The notes below the pieces were generated by a model. It worked only from the letters and a program-made list of their open reading frames with translations. It did no database searches and was not told the origin of the DNA. Positions 9,339-19,252 of a DNA stretch of 64,000 nucleotides are shown here, piece after piece; the first letter of the stretch is position 1; each line of letters opens with the position of its first letter. Source of the stretch: a virus (taxonomy: Duplodnaviria > Caudoviricetes); the IMG/VR virus record IMGVR_UViG_2654587515_000001, positions 15,175 through 79,174 of that record; one strand, written 5' to 3'. The position numbers were made by a program, and so were the translations under genes.

Positions 9339-12300
9339 CTATCAAAGAAACACAACAGGCAGAAATTGTCGTAGACCCAAAAACACTGTCACCTGAGCAA
9401 CAGGTGACAGATGCAACCCAGCAAGAAGAGGATTATCAGCCTAAAATCCTCGCCATTCTTGATAAGATTGAGTCAAACACGTCTGCTCTGTTACGTCGGG
9501 AGCCATTGGCTGGTGGCTCAACGTTGATTCAATCTTCTACGCATCAAAACAACACTGATTCAGTATCAAAAAAGCATCAATACAATACTCAACAAGTATT
9601 TAATGCTAACAGTGAAGCTGCGCAACGTCCTGTATCACGTCAGGCAGAGAAAGTGCCTGAGTCTGGTCGCCTCCATCAAGCATTGCCTGCCACGCAAAAA
9701 GCAACTGAGCGTGATTCTCAAGCACGGTCAGTCCAAGCCAGCGACCATACGCAGCGCACCGGTGACAACGAAAGCCAGCAGCGAGAGAGTGAGACTCAAG
9801 TCGTTATTGCAGGCGGTGAAAGCAAACCTCAAGAGACGGACAGCCAGCCAAGCAAAGTCCCTGATGCTGGGGCGAAAGCCGCCCAACAGGTAGAGTCAAA
9901 AGGCAACCGTCAGGCTTCCGTTACGCCAGCGCTTGCCACGCCTGTTCAGAAAAAGGAACAGAAACCGCGCCATACTGCGCCGTCGGTATCGCCGGCAGCG
10001 GAGTCGAAGCCGACCCTCGCACAAAAGCAGCGTGAAATTGAGCGTTCCGAACCGCAAGCATCGACTCAATCAGTCGCCAGCACTGATAGCCAGCCTCAAG
10101 ATAATGCGCCAGATGATAAAGAAAGTGTCACTGCCAGCCAGCAGGCCCAAGAAGAGCAAAAAGAAAAGCGAGAACGCTCTGGCTTACTGAAAACGGTCGG
10201 GGACGTCTTCAAAAAGGCCACAGAAGAGCGCGAAGAACTGGAAGCGGGAGACACGGCCACGGATGCGGCAGGCTCAGCAATGGGCGGCTCCCTTTGGGAA
10301 GCGGCAAAAGAGGTCAAAGAGGCGACTGACGATGTAAAAAACAGCTCCCTCGGTCAAAAGGTCCTTGAGAAAGTCACAGGGAAGAAAGTTGACAGCAACG
10401 AAGCAGGCGATCAGGCTCGTGATGATGCATCATCCAAAGAAGCATTTGCGAAAGACAACCCCCACGGGCCAGTCAGGGACGAGAAAGGGCGATTCATTAA
10501 GCGAGCTGAGGCTCAGGCCCTAAGCCATCCCGCTCCACCTTTGGAAGTTGAGCAAAAAACAGATACCCACAAAGCACTAAACGAGTATCAAGATAATACC
10601 AAAAGAAAAGACGAATCCCGTCAAAGTGAGGGGCATTCACGCGCTGTCGATGAGTCTAGTAATCGCAATCATACTGCCACTGTTCAAACTCAGCAGCAAA
10701 CAGCAACCAGCAAAGAAGCATCGAGCCATACGGCGACGGATAACCGTCAGGACAGCACGCATGATGAAAATACGACCCAGCGTGTTACTCAGAAGCCGAC
10801 CTCAGAGCTTGGGAATAAGCACCTGCAGATTGCCAGTCAGTCACACCATACTGACGACTCTCGGGAAGAGATCCAAGGCAATAGCCGCGAGCTGCAAGAT
10901 AACCATCGCCAAACCGATCAAAGTAGTGACAGCCGTTCAATTGATACTTATAGGGTATTAGACAAACATCAAAACAACACTCATAAGCAAAGTGAGTCTG
11001 ATCACCAATCCAGCACACTGGACAGAGATAGCCAGCGTTCTGCCAAGACCAGTACTCATCAAGCGGATAAAAACAGTGACAACCGTCTTTCTGATACTCA
11101 TAAAACATTAGATAAGTATCAAAACAATACTCAAAAGAGCAGGGAAAGCCACACTCAAAAGCAAAGCGAGTTGGACCGCCAAAGCCGTGAGGTCGGTACG
11201 CACAATCAAACCAGTGTCACGTCTGCCAATGTCGTCAGAGAGAGAGAGCAGACCCGCAGCAATGAAGCGATTGCAGATCGATTGGATGAGCAGTACGACC
11301 TCTCTCAAGACCAACACAAAGAGCTAATCAAAACCATCGACAAGAAAGAGTTCGGTGGTGAAGGTGGTGGCTCTCTCATGGACAGCGTGAGTGAGCTGTC
11401 AGATATGTTTGGTGGTGGTGATAGCAAAGAGAAGGGGGGTGGTAAGCGACGTCGAGGCCGAGGTCGGAAAGGACGTTTAGGCTCTCTAATTGACCGTTTT
11501 AAAGGCGGTAAGAGCGCAGCAGGTAATGCATCGGCTCTAAAAGGCGCACCAACCACCAGACTCGGGCGTGTCGCTCAGGGTGTGAAGAATGCAACGGGAA
11601 CGTTAGCCAATTCAGGTGTGGGCAAAGCCGCTGGTGGCGCTCTGAAAACCGTGGGTTCTGTTGCCAGCCGCGCCGCTGCACCCGTCGCCGCACTGGCAAC
11701 TGGGTACTTCAAATACAATGAGGTGAAAGACAGAGAAGATCTGACCGGTTCACAAAAAGCGGTCCAAGTCGGGGCCACCACAGCAGGCTCCCTTGGTGGC
11801 GCCAGTGCCGGCGCGGCCATGGGGGCCGCTATGGGTTCGGTGGTTCCTGTTGTTGGTACTCTGGTGGGCGGTTTGCTGGGGGCTGCAGTGGGTGGCTGGC
11901 TTGGCAGTAAAGGGGGTGACATTGTTGGTGAGGCGATCAGTGACAAGATGGAAGGCACTGACGGTAAAACACGCGCAGAGCGAGAAGCCGAAACTCTTCA
12001 GTCTACTACTGAGTCGAGTGAGTCCGTTACAACCAACGGCGATAAGTCGGAGCTTTCAACGAAAAATGCTGAATCCGCGCAGGTAGTGGCAACCAGTCGT
12101 ACAGAATCTAGCGCTCAAGAGGCTGGCGCCGTTCACACCTTGCAAGCCTCTGAGGCAGCAGTCATGCCTGAGCAGTTAAAGGCACCTCTACCTGAGATCA
12201 GCCCTTCCAAAGCGGCAATGAGTCAGACCAACAACAAGGAAACCCATACCGAGAAAACGGAAACCGTAGCCAAGATTGATGAGAAAAAACTGGGTAAAGC

Positions 12301-12466
12301 GATTGTCGATGCAATGAGTAAAGCTCAGCAACAAAGCGGTGTTAGTGCGCCCGCTTCCGGCCCTCGCTATGCTGCTTCTCAGTCGAAGTCGGCATCGGTT
12401 CCCGCACCAATTAAAACCGAGTTCGAAGATAAAACGCTCGTGTTGATGGCACATGACAGGATTTAA
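9335..12466 (+). CDS. Tape measure protein (P1 Sit-like)
   Basis: 1043 aa; RDEKGRF motif and Gly/Ala-rich hydrophobic segment (GAAMGAAMGSVVPVVGTLVGGLLGAAVGG); lies between chaperone and baseplate genes. Confidence 0.8.
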   Translation: MTIKETQQAEIVVDPKTLSPEQQVTDATQQEEDYQPKILAILDKIESNTSALLRREPLAGGSTLIQSSTHQNNTDSVSKKHQYNTQQVFNANSEAAQRPVSRQAEKVPESGRLHQALPATQKATERDSQARSVQASDHTQRTGDNESQQRESETQVVIAGGESKPQETDSQPSKVPDAGAKAAQQVESKGNRQASVTPALATPVQKKEQKPRHTAPSVSPAAESKPTLAQKQREIERSEPQASTQSVASTDSQPQDNAPDDKESVTASQQAQEEQKEKRERSGLLKTVGDVFKKATEEREELEAGDTATDAAGSAMGGSLWEAAKEVKEATDDVKNSSLGQKVLEKVTGKKVDSNEAGDQARDDASSKEAFAKDNPHGPVRDEKGRFIKRAEAQALSHPAPPLEVEQKTDTHKALNEYQDNTKRKDESRQSEGHSRAVDESSNRNHTATVQTQQQTATSKEASSHTATDNRQDSTHDENTTQRVTQKPTSELGNKHLQIASQSHHTDDSREEIQGNSRELQDNHRQTDQSSDSRSIDTYRVLDKHQNNTHKQSESDHQSSTLDRDSQRSAKTSTHQADKNSDNRLSDTHKTLDKYQNNTQKSRESHTQKQSELDRQSREVGTHNQTSVTSANVVREREQTRSNEAIADRLDEQYDLSQDQHKELIKTIDKKEFGGEGGGSLMDSVSELSDMFGGGDSKEKGGGKRRRGRGRKGRLGSLIDRFKGGKSAAGNASALKGAPTTRLGRVAQGVKNATGTLANSGVGKAAGGALKTVGSVASRAAAPVAALATGYFKYNEVKDREDLTGSQKAVQVGATTAGSLGGASAGAAMGAAMGSVVPVVGTLVGGLLGAAVGGWLGSKGGDIVGEAISDKMEGTDGKTRAEREAETLQSTTESSESVTTNGDKSELSTKNAESAQVVATSRTESSAQEAGAVHTLQASEAAVMPEQLKAPLPEISPSKAAMSQTNNKETHTEKTETVAKIDEKKLGKAIVDAMSKAQQQSGVSAPASGPRYAASQSKSASVPAPIKTEFEDKTLVLMAHDRI

Positions 12467-12468
12467 CA

Positions 12469-12813
12469 ATGGAAGAGCTTAATCACCTACTCAACGTTGA
12501 CAGCACAGGCCTTGCCGTCGCATACGATGGCAAGGCCATGAACAACAACATAGAAGAGTGGTTTGAAAATCCAGAGCACACCATTGCGGATAACCCCGCT
12601 TGGGGGCACAACTTGGCGCCGTTTCAGTTTTGTGCGCAAACAGAAGACGACGCAGTGATGATGGAAATGGCGATCGTGGAAAAGTTACCCCGTGACGTTC
12701 AAGGCGTTGTTATCAAGGGGATCCGTGTGACCTTTCCAGACATCGATCTTTGCCGCATTGTGATTATCCATCAATACGGCCTGTACGATAATCCCAACAT
12801 TCCACTGAGGTAG
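12469..12813 (+). CDS. Baseplate wedge protein, gp25/GpW-like (P1 PmgA-like)
   Basis: 114 aa; PAWGHNL motif; between the tape measure and the large wedge gene. Confidence 0.7.
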   Translation: MEELNHLLNVDSTGLAVAYDGKAMNNNIEEWFENPEHTIADNPAWGHNLAPFQFCAQTEDDAVMMEMAIVEKLPRDVQGVVIKGIRVTFPDIDLCRIVIIHQYGLYDNPNIPLR

Positions 12814-12816
12814 CCA

Positions 12817-14241
12817 ATGAGCAATCTTGACAACAAGGCAGAAGCACGCGCTTCCTTTACCGACATCATTCGCAAAAAGCCGGTATTAGAGCCGTTGGCT
12901 GACAGTCAGGTCATGCAGGGCGTCAATACCTTTCAAAACCTCGCTTTGGAATACGCGCTACACAAGTTGGAGCGAGCAAGGCAGGAAGGGTACCTGAGCA
13001 CGGCATACAACCGCAGTTCGATACTGGCGCTCGCAGAAGACCGTCAGTATATTCCACGAAAAGCCGCTCCCAGTCGCGGCCAGATCCGGATCCGGAATAA
13101 GCAAAACCGTGACCGAAGCGTCATGGCCTATTTTCCTATTGTCTCGGAAGATCAGGTTTACTACATGGTCAATGAGAGTGTGCGTGTGGCCGCTGGTGGC
13201 GAAGTGGTGGTGGATGGCTGTCAGGTCAAACGTCACGAGCTATCGTTTGTGGTTGAAAAAGAGCAGCCTTTCCTTGAGTTTGAGTTTGGGCGAGCCATTA
13301 GTGTCAATTTGCATAAATTCAGAGTGTTTGTGGATATGGGTTCCGGCGCTGAAGAATGGTACCCAACGAACCGGTTCCGTAATGCACGCGCGGATAAAGT
13401 CTTTGATGAGTTTTACTCACACACCGATCAGGTCGGTATCCGATTTGGTAATAACATCTTTGGCCTTGTGCCAAGCAAAGGGGCGCAGATCACGGTTGAG
13501 CTGTGGTTGACTGAGGGTGACACCAAGCTGATGCCTAATCAGCCTCTGACGCCTGTCGATGATAATGCCGAAGACATCGAGTTTGAGACCGCTTCTGTCT
13601 TTACGGGCGGTGCAGCCAGAGAGGAAACCGACGAGCTTCGCCGTAACGCTCTGTATTACCCGCTCTATGATGATAACCACGTTTGGGATGATGACTACCT
13701 GTTCTTTATCAAGCAGCACTTCCCCGAGGTGATATGGGGCAATGTGTGGGGAGAGGCCGAGCAAGAAGAAATGGACGGCGAACTGAAGTTTGAGAACGTC
13801 AACAAGATATTTCTCTGCGTCTACGCGCCGGATAACCCAAGTATCGGCGGTGAAATTCAGGCATACATGCAAAAGAACATCCCTCAGTTTAACCGTCGGT
13901 ACCACAACGTGCCCGTGGACGAGCAAGCATTCACAGCCAAAATTACCGGCAAGCTTCTACGCAGTATCACACTGACTGATGCTAAGAAGCTGATCAGCGA
14001 TACGCTATGGAACAATTACGGCAAAGATGCCAGCAGACGCAAGGCGAAGGCGCTAAAGCGCGACCTCTATCGCCTGATGAACGGACTCAACATCTTTGAG
14101 AGCGAAGATGATATTGAGATTGAAATTATCGGCCAATCGGAGCCGGAAAATCTCAAGCAAATGATATACATCGATCTTGATGCCACTATGAACCTGCTCG
14201 ATGTCGACTATACAAATAACGCAAGGTTAAGTATTTACTAA
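12817..14241 (+). CDS. Baseplate wedge protein, gpJ/T4 gp6-like (P1 BplA-like)
   Basis: 474 aa; AYNRSSILALAEDRQY, GIRFGNNIFG and FTGGAAREETDELR motifs. Confidence 0.85.
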   Translation: MSNLDNKAEARASFTDIIRKKPVLEPLADSQVMQGVNTFQNLALEYALHKLERARQEGYLSTAYNRSSILALAEDRQYIPRKAAPSRGQIRIRNKQNRDRSVMAYFPIVSEDQVYYMVNESVRVAAGGEVVVDGCQVKRHELSFVVEKEQPFLEFEFGRAISVNLHKFRVFVDMGSGAEEWYPTNRFRNARADKVFDEFYSHTDQVGIRFGNNIFGLVPSKGAQITVELWLTEGDTKLMPNQPLTPVDDNAEDIEFETASVFTGGAAREETDELRRNALYYPLYDDNHVWDDDYLFFIKQHFPEVIWGNVWGEAEQEEMDGELKFENVNKIFLCVYAPDNPSIGGEIQAYMQKNIPQFNRRYHNVPVDEQAFTAKITGKLLRSITLTDAKKLISDTLWNNYGKDASRRKAKALKRDLYRLMNGLNIFESEDDIEIEIIGQSEPENLKQMIYIDLDATMNLLDVDYTNNARLSIY

Positions 14242-14290
14242 GTATTAAAAACACACCTAATAAATACCCGTCTTAGGTAAAAAATCTTTT

Positions 14291-14324
14291 TGTCGTGGCG
14301 GGTGCTCACCTGAAACCGTACTCT
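14291..14324 (+). promoter_or_regulatory. Putative late promoter, variant copy
   Basis: TGTCGTGGC-N19-TACTCT; same spacing as the consensus copies. Confidence 0.5.
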
Positions 14325-14352
14325 CATTCAAGATTTTGAGTGAGGTTTTCCC

Positions 14353-16029
14353 GTGGCTGAAAAATGGTTAGTTGAGCGTCTGACAAAGAGCAAACAAAGC
14401 TCTCCCCAATGGGTAGCGCTGGCTGAGGCATTGGAAGAATACTGGGATACCCACTTTTTCAATGAGCTTCAAACCTTTGAAGACAGCAAGAACATATTTA
14501 CCGCCAGTGAGGATCACCTCAATCAAAAGATTGCCGAGTTTGGCGATTACTTTGATACAGCCCTGCCGATCGACGAATCCGGCAAGCGCCTCTCTATCTC
14601 ATGGCAACGAGACAACATCCACGAAAAAGACACCATCGTTCCATTCGTCAACGCATTGCGCGTTAACTTCGCAGGTTTGGGCGTGACGTGGGAGCCGTTG
14701 TACTCCAATAAGAGCCTGCCTTATGCCCGAGATAATCTGTTCACTGAGCAAGAGGTCCAGATCAAGAAATGGGATCTCAATGATTTCTGGATGACCTCTC
14801 GCGGCAAAATCGCCGTCGACTTAACGCACCTGCACAAGCTGGGAATGGCAAAAGAAACCTTTATTGCCATTGCTAAACGAGAGATTGAGCGCCTGAGACC
14901 GGCTCACATCGTGTATGACGGTGAGCTTTTCATTCTGACCATCAACTTTGACTATGCGCCGCAAAGCTACCATGTCGAGCGACAAACGATTGGAGAAAAG
15001 GGTGGCAGCATGGTTTATCGCCTCACTGCCTCATTTGACGACCGTCCCGCTGACGTACCTTGGCTGGATGACAGCCCTCTGTATGTGGAGCACCGAAGAG
15101 GCACCACAACGAGCGAAGCGGATTTTGTTATTGGTGGTATGTCGTGGTCTCTCGACCTGTTTGTCGATCTGGGTGGTCGTCGTGTGCCATTGGCCGGAAA
15201 GGAAGGCGACATCATCAATGCCCTGCAGGAAATATCCAGCATCGAGCGTTACATTCCTGTTCAACATGCCGACCTACCACTGTCGGGCGCCTCGTTGACC
15301 GCGACCCGCTATCCTTGCCTGAATTTCAGTATGCATTATCACTTTGATGTGGTACCCGCAGACAGTATTCAGACCGACGCGAATGAGCCTATCCACGGGC
15401 AAAGTCGCACAACCGTAAAACCAACGGCGATCAGTTACCGGCTGGGCGCGGATTGGTCACTTGACCTGTTTTTGGTTACGCCGTCAGGCTCAGTCCCGCT
15501 TGCGGGGAAAGAAGGCGAGTCGCTGCCACCAATGAAGCAGCACCGAACGCAACATCGAGCGTTTGAAGCAAAGGTTAATCCGGCCAGTCAGTCGGTGATC
15601 AAACAAAAGCAGTCATGCCACGCCATTGATTACAGCGCGGGTTCCGGTCAGAGCCACGTCATATCAAAAGCGCCATGGATGAGCTATCAGCTGGGTGCTG
15701 ATTGGTCTCTGGACCTGTTTATCACGACGCCTTATGGAACGGCGGCCATTGCTGGTAAAGAGGGCGATACCTTACCACCAACACGCCACCACAGGCTCAA
15801 GCTGCGCACATTTACAACGCAAGTTGAGCCGCTGAGCAGTACCCATTTCAAACAAACGCAATCATTTTGCTCTGTGTTCTACAGTGCTCAAGTTGATTGC
15901 ATTGTTCGAGAGTTTCCGTCTCAGCCTTATGAGCTAAATCAGCCGGCTGAGATTAATCAAAATCCGTGGCTGGGATTTGACGAGATCCCAGCTGACTTTG
16001 CACCGTTAGACACACCACTTTGGAAATAG
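14353..16029 (+). CDS. Baseplate protein (P1 gp16 / gpI-like) with a repeat-containing C-terminal extension
   Basis: N-terminal W..LAEALEEYW...RLRPAHI pattern; three WSLDLF...AGKEG repeats. Confidence 0.7.
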   Translation: MAEKWLVERLTKSKQSSPQWVALAEALEEYWDTHFFNELQTFEDSKNIFTASEDHLNQKIAEFGDYFDTALPIDESGKRLSISWQRDNIHEKDTIVPFVNALRVNFAGLGVTWEPLYSNKSLPYARDNLFTEQEVQIKKWDLNDFWMTSRGKIAVDLTHLHKLGMAKETFIAIAKREIERLRPAHIVYDGELFILTINFDYAPQSYHVERQTIGEKGGSMVYRLTASFDDRPADVPWLDDSPLYVEHRRGTTTSEADFVIGGMSWSLDLFVDLGGRRVPLAGKEGDIINALQEISSIERYIPVQHADLPLSGASLTATRYPCLNFSMHYHFDVVPADSIQTDANEPIHGQSRTTVKPTAISYRLGADWSLDLFLVTPSGSVPLAGKEGESLPPMKQHRTQHRAFEAKVNPASQSVIKQKQSCHAIDYSAGSGQSHVISKAPWMSYQLGADWSLDLFITTPYGTAAIAGKEGDTLPPTRHHRLKLRTFTTQVEPLSSTHFKQTQSFCSVFYSAQVDCIVREFPSQPYELNQPAEINQNPWLGFDEIPADFAPLDTPLWK

Positions 16030-16033
16030 CGCT

Positions 16034-16471
16034 ATGTCAACAAATCAACCATGGCAGATTGCAGAGCTACTGCCTCGTTTTTACGAAAAAAACGCTCTCT
16101 CAATTGCAGGACTGGCAAGCCAGTTCAAGATCGTAAAATTTAAATTCGGTCATGACCCGTTGCTGGTGGACGACAGTCAAACCCCACCGGCCCTATCACC
16201 GTTCGATCCGGCAGGGACCGATATTAAAAACGTTTTCTACGAAGGCACCATCAATCCTTCCGAAGACGTGGTTTGGGCGAATGGCCGCTTGCTGTTCCGC
16301 TGCATCATGCCTGAAAACACATTATCCGAGCCGAAGCAGTACAGCCAAACCGGCCTATACGACGCAGACGGCGACTTAGTGGCAGTCAGTATTGATTTGC
16401 CTGACTGGGTGACACCGGAAGAAGGCATCAACACGCACCCATACGTTAACTTCCCAATTTCCGGAGAGTAA
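16034..16471 (+). CDS. Tail fibre attachment protein (P1 gpR-like)
   Basis: 145 aa; YSQTGLYDADGDLVAV motif typical of DUF3751-like fibre attachment domains; position. Confidence 0.7.
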   Translation: MSTNQPWQIAELLPRFYEKNALSIAGLASQFKIVKFKFGHDPLLVDDSQTPPALSPFDPAGTDIKNVFYEGTINPSEDVVWANGRLLFRCIMPENTLSEPKQYSQTGLYDADGDLVAVSIDLPDWVTPEEGINTHPYVNFPISGE

Positions 16472-16474
16472 TGG

Positions 16475-17029
16475 ATGAACACATACCCACAACAACCGTT
16501 GGATGATCTGAGAGTAGACACGGCATGGCGTGAAAACTACTCAGGGGCATCCATGAACCAGAAGCTGCACGGCCTGTTGCCAAAAGGGGTGTACTCAGGC
16601 TTTGCGGTCAAACCAAAATCGGGACTCACCGTTGAAGTCTCTGGTGACGATCAGAACATTGCGGTACTGGAAGTCGGCACGTATTCACTGACAGCCAGAA
16701 TGCCAAGCAATGTAACCAAGCAAGTCACACTCACTGCCGGCAAAACGCAGTATGTCGTACTTGAAGCGCAATACGCGATGCACCAAGCCTCAACGATTGG
16801 GGTTTATGTGCGAGATACTGTGCCAAGTAATGCCATTATGCTGGCCAAAGTGACACTGCCAGCTGGCGCCACGTCGGTTCCTGCAGACAGTATCGAGCTG
16901 GCTTTGCCGTCTAAACCTGTCACCGCTGCCGATTATGCCGAACTGGCCGCTTACACCATCGACAACGGTCGCCGGACCTTGGAGCTTCAAGAAGAGCTGA
17001 ACCAGCTCAAGAAGACACTGGGGCTATAA
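16475..17029 (+). CDS. Short tail-fibre N-terminal adaptor (similar to the constant N-terminus of P1 gpS)
   Basis: TYPQQPL...WRENYSGASMNQKLHGLLPKGVYSGF..KP resembles the start of P1 S; only 184 aa, ending in a coiled coil. Confidence 0.65.
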   Translation: MNTYPQQPLDDLRVDTAWRENYSGASMNQKLHGLLPKGVYSGFAVKPKSGLTVEVSGDDQNIAVLEVGTYSLTARMPSNVTKQVTLTAGKTQYVVLEAQYAMHQASTIGVYVRDTVPSNAIMLAKVTLPAGATSVPADSIELALPSKPVTAADYAELAAYTIDNGRRTLELQEELNQLKKTLGL

Positions 17030-17032
17030 TTC

Positions 17033-17060
17033 TTACTCCCTCACGCCTTGAGGGAGTAAA
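17033..17060. terminator. Hairpin terminator at the end of the tail operon
   Basis: TTACTCCCTCA-CGCCT-TGAGGGAGTAA, perfect 11-bp stem. Confidence 0.65.
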
Positions 17061-17066
17061 TTTTCC

Positions 17067-17100
17067 TGTTGATGCGATCCCACCACCCGCGCTCTACCAT
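17067..17100 (+). promoter_or_regulatory. Putative late promoter (dar operon)
   Basis: TGTTGATGC-N19-TACCAT. Confidence 0.7.
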
Positions 17101-17139
17101 CGAACTGTTAACAACACAATCACAGTGTGGAGCGTTCCC

Positions 17140-17742
17140 GTGAGTTACTTATCTTTCGATTATGCCCAATTCAACGAAAAGGGCCTGAAGAAAGTCATTG
17201 ACGAATTTAAGCGTCAGGATCTTCAGGTCACAAGTGTTGAGGCGGACAACAAAGCCAAACGACAGTCTGGTGTTCAGACGAAAAAAGCCACCCTTCATTT
17301 TGCTGATGGTCAGAAGCTCATGCTTCAAGCGACTGCGCAAGGGGCTATCTTCCAAGTTCGTCTTAATACGCGAGTCATTCCGATCAAGCATGTTGACGAT
17401 CTCAAAAAAGCCGTGGCCGAGATCGCCGGCAAAGTCAGTGCAAACAGTAAGCAGTTTCAGAAAACCCTGAAAAAACGCGCGTCCAGAGCCAGTAGTGCAA
17501 GCAAGGACTCAACCAGCCGCGCCAAAACCTCGCTGAAAGCTCAAATTGCACTCGCTAAATCGGACAATCAAGAGTTGGAAAGCTCTGTTCAGGAAAAGCG
17601 TCAGCAAAAACAGACGCTGGAAGAAGCTCTGCCGGCTAAAGAGCAGAGAAAGTCCGATATCAGTGCGCAAATCACCCAAGAATACTCGGTTTCCGAGCAG
17701 CTGGAAGCCGAACTGAAACAATTAGAGGAGCTGACCTCATGA
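17140..17742 (+). CDS. hdf: Defence-against-restriction protein Hdf
   Basis: FDYAQFNEKGLK...KKATLHFADGQ...FQVRLNTRVIP...NSKQFQKTL matches P1 Hdf. GTG 17140 has a GGAG RBS (ORF track starts at 17125). Confidence 0.85.
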   Translation: MSYLSFDYAQFNEKGLKKVIDEFKRQDLQVTSVEADNKAKRQSGVQTKKATLHFADGQKLMLQATAQGAIFQVRLNTRVIPIKHVDDLKKAVAEIAGKVSANSKQFQKTLKKRASRASSASKDSTSRAKTSLKAQIALAKSDNQELESSVQEKRQQKQTLEEALPAKEQRKSDISAQITQEYSVSEQLEAELKQLEELTS

Positions 17743-19247
17743 ACCCAGTGAACGGATTAAAAGTTTACGCAATGCCAGATCCACTGGCAAAAGGCTTTAC
17801 ACGCTCTCAAATCAAAGAAGCCATGTATCAGTTAACGGCAGATCCGGAGCAAGAGGCATTGATGCTGGAAGCAGAGCCGTTCGCAATCATGGATGCGGCC
17901 TATGTCGAGGGTGAGCGAGTGGAAGCCCACGACGGCTTTATTCTGGATGCGGTCACAACCAGTTATGCGACGTTCCCGCGCACGATGAAGGCCCTTGCTC
18001 GGGCGCTAAATCGCTCTTTGTCCAGCAGCAACATTACCGTAACCGATCATGAGGTTGGAGAACCGAAGAAAAACAACCTCTTTGCAACGGTGGCCGCGCA
18101 ATTCATCCTCAGTGACGGTCAGGCCGTCAGTGTGGTGTTTCATGCCCCAGATGAAGATCCCAAAGTGTTTAAGCCAGATGATGTCGTGATTGCGTTTCGC
18201 TGGCTGCTCAATAAGCGCGACATTACCCAAGTCGTGGCCCCTGAAATGAATAAAGGGAAAATGCGCGAAGTCTCCCTGTCTACGATCGGTAAACGCATTG
18301 GCAATATTGCCGCTGCCAACTCAGAAACCTTTCAGGCCAAGCAAAAAGAAGTGACGGAATCGCGCAATGAGTTAGCCAGCCTGCAGGAATCGTCCAACGC
18401 TTTGCTGGATGAACTCAATACACTCACGACAGAAGTCGCGCAACTGGAAGGCCGAGACAAAGAACTTGAGCACATGGTCACTGTGAAGTCAGACGAGCTG
18501 GCCGAGCGCCAGCGCTACAACGATAGCCTGCGTGAGAAGATTGCCGCTCTGAAAGCAGCGCAACCAGAGCCTGAGCCATCACCCGAGCCATCACAAGGCG
18601 AAGGAGAGCCTCAACCAGAAGAGAATACGGCCTTAGAGCGCTTTAAACTGGTCGAACCTTCATTATTTAAGGATGTCGTGGCATCAATCAGCACCATTGC
18701 AGCTATTGACCGAGGTGAAGAGAAAGGGTTAACTCGCTCACTCTTTGTAAGTTCGATTGTTAACAAGTTAAAAACTCGACATAACAATGGGCAATCCGAA
18801 GTTGTTGATGCTGCACTGGATTTTATCTCTGAAGCGCAAAAGTCTCTCGATAAGCCGATCATTTCCGCTCGAAATGGGGTTTGGTCTTTACATAGCAATG
18901 CCGCTGGCAGTAAGGAAGAGAAGGATGAGAATGCCGCACCGGATGCGCCAGAAACACCGTCAACGCCTGAAGACACGCCGACAGAGACGCCAGACACACC
19001 GGATGAGTCCCAAAAAGGGGAAAATGACGACATGAATGAACAATCTGTAGGTGATAAGCCCCAAGCGGTACTAACATTAGAAAATATCGTCAATGGTGTA
19101 CATGATGATGTTGCTGCAGATGATGTGCTTGAAATGATAGAAGAAGCCAGCGAAGAGTTAGAAAAACTGGGGCTGGTGGAAGAATACGATGCCCTGATCG
19201 GCTCAGCGGTAGAGAAATACGCAGAGCTTGATGAAAAGCAGGAGTAA
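17739..19247 (+). CDS. darA: Defence-against-restriction protein DarA
   Basis: Hdf-like N-terminal domain (AQFILSDGQAVSVVFH...AFRWLLNKRDIT..VAPE), coiled coil, Pro-rich linkers and an acidic C-terminal helix; follows hdf. Confidence 0.85.
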   Translation: MNPVNGLKVYAMPDPLAKGFTRSQIKEAMYQLTADPEQEALMLEAEPFAIMDAAYVEGERVEAHDGFILDAVTTSYATFPRTMKALARALNRSLSSSNITVTDHEVGEPKKNNLFATVAAQFILSDGQAVSVVFHAPDEDPKVFKPDDVVIAFRWLLNKRDITQVVAPEMNKGKMREVSLSTIGKRIGNIAAANSETFQAKQKEVTESRNELASLQESSNALLDELNTLTTEVAQLEGRDKELEHMVTVKSDELAERQRYNDSLREKIAALKAAQPEPEPSPEPSQGEGEPQPEENTALERFKLVEPSLFKDVVASISTIAAIDRGEEKGLTRSLFVSSIVNKLKTRHNNGQSEVVDAALDFISEAQKSLDKPIISARNGVWSLHSNAAGSKEEKDENAAPDAPETPSTPEDTPTETPDTPDESQKGENDDMNEQSVGDKPQAVLTLENIVNGVHDDVAADDVLEMIEEASEELEKLGLVEEYDALIGSAVEKYAELDEKQE

Positions 19248-19252
19248 TAAGC

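Noticed and set aside
16475-17125. Cin/cix invertible tail-fibre cassette
   Set aside because: No serine invertase or cix-like inverted sites here; the 17033-17059 inverted repeat fits a terminator.
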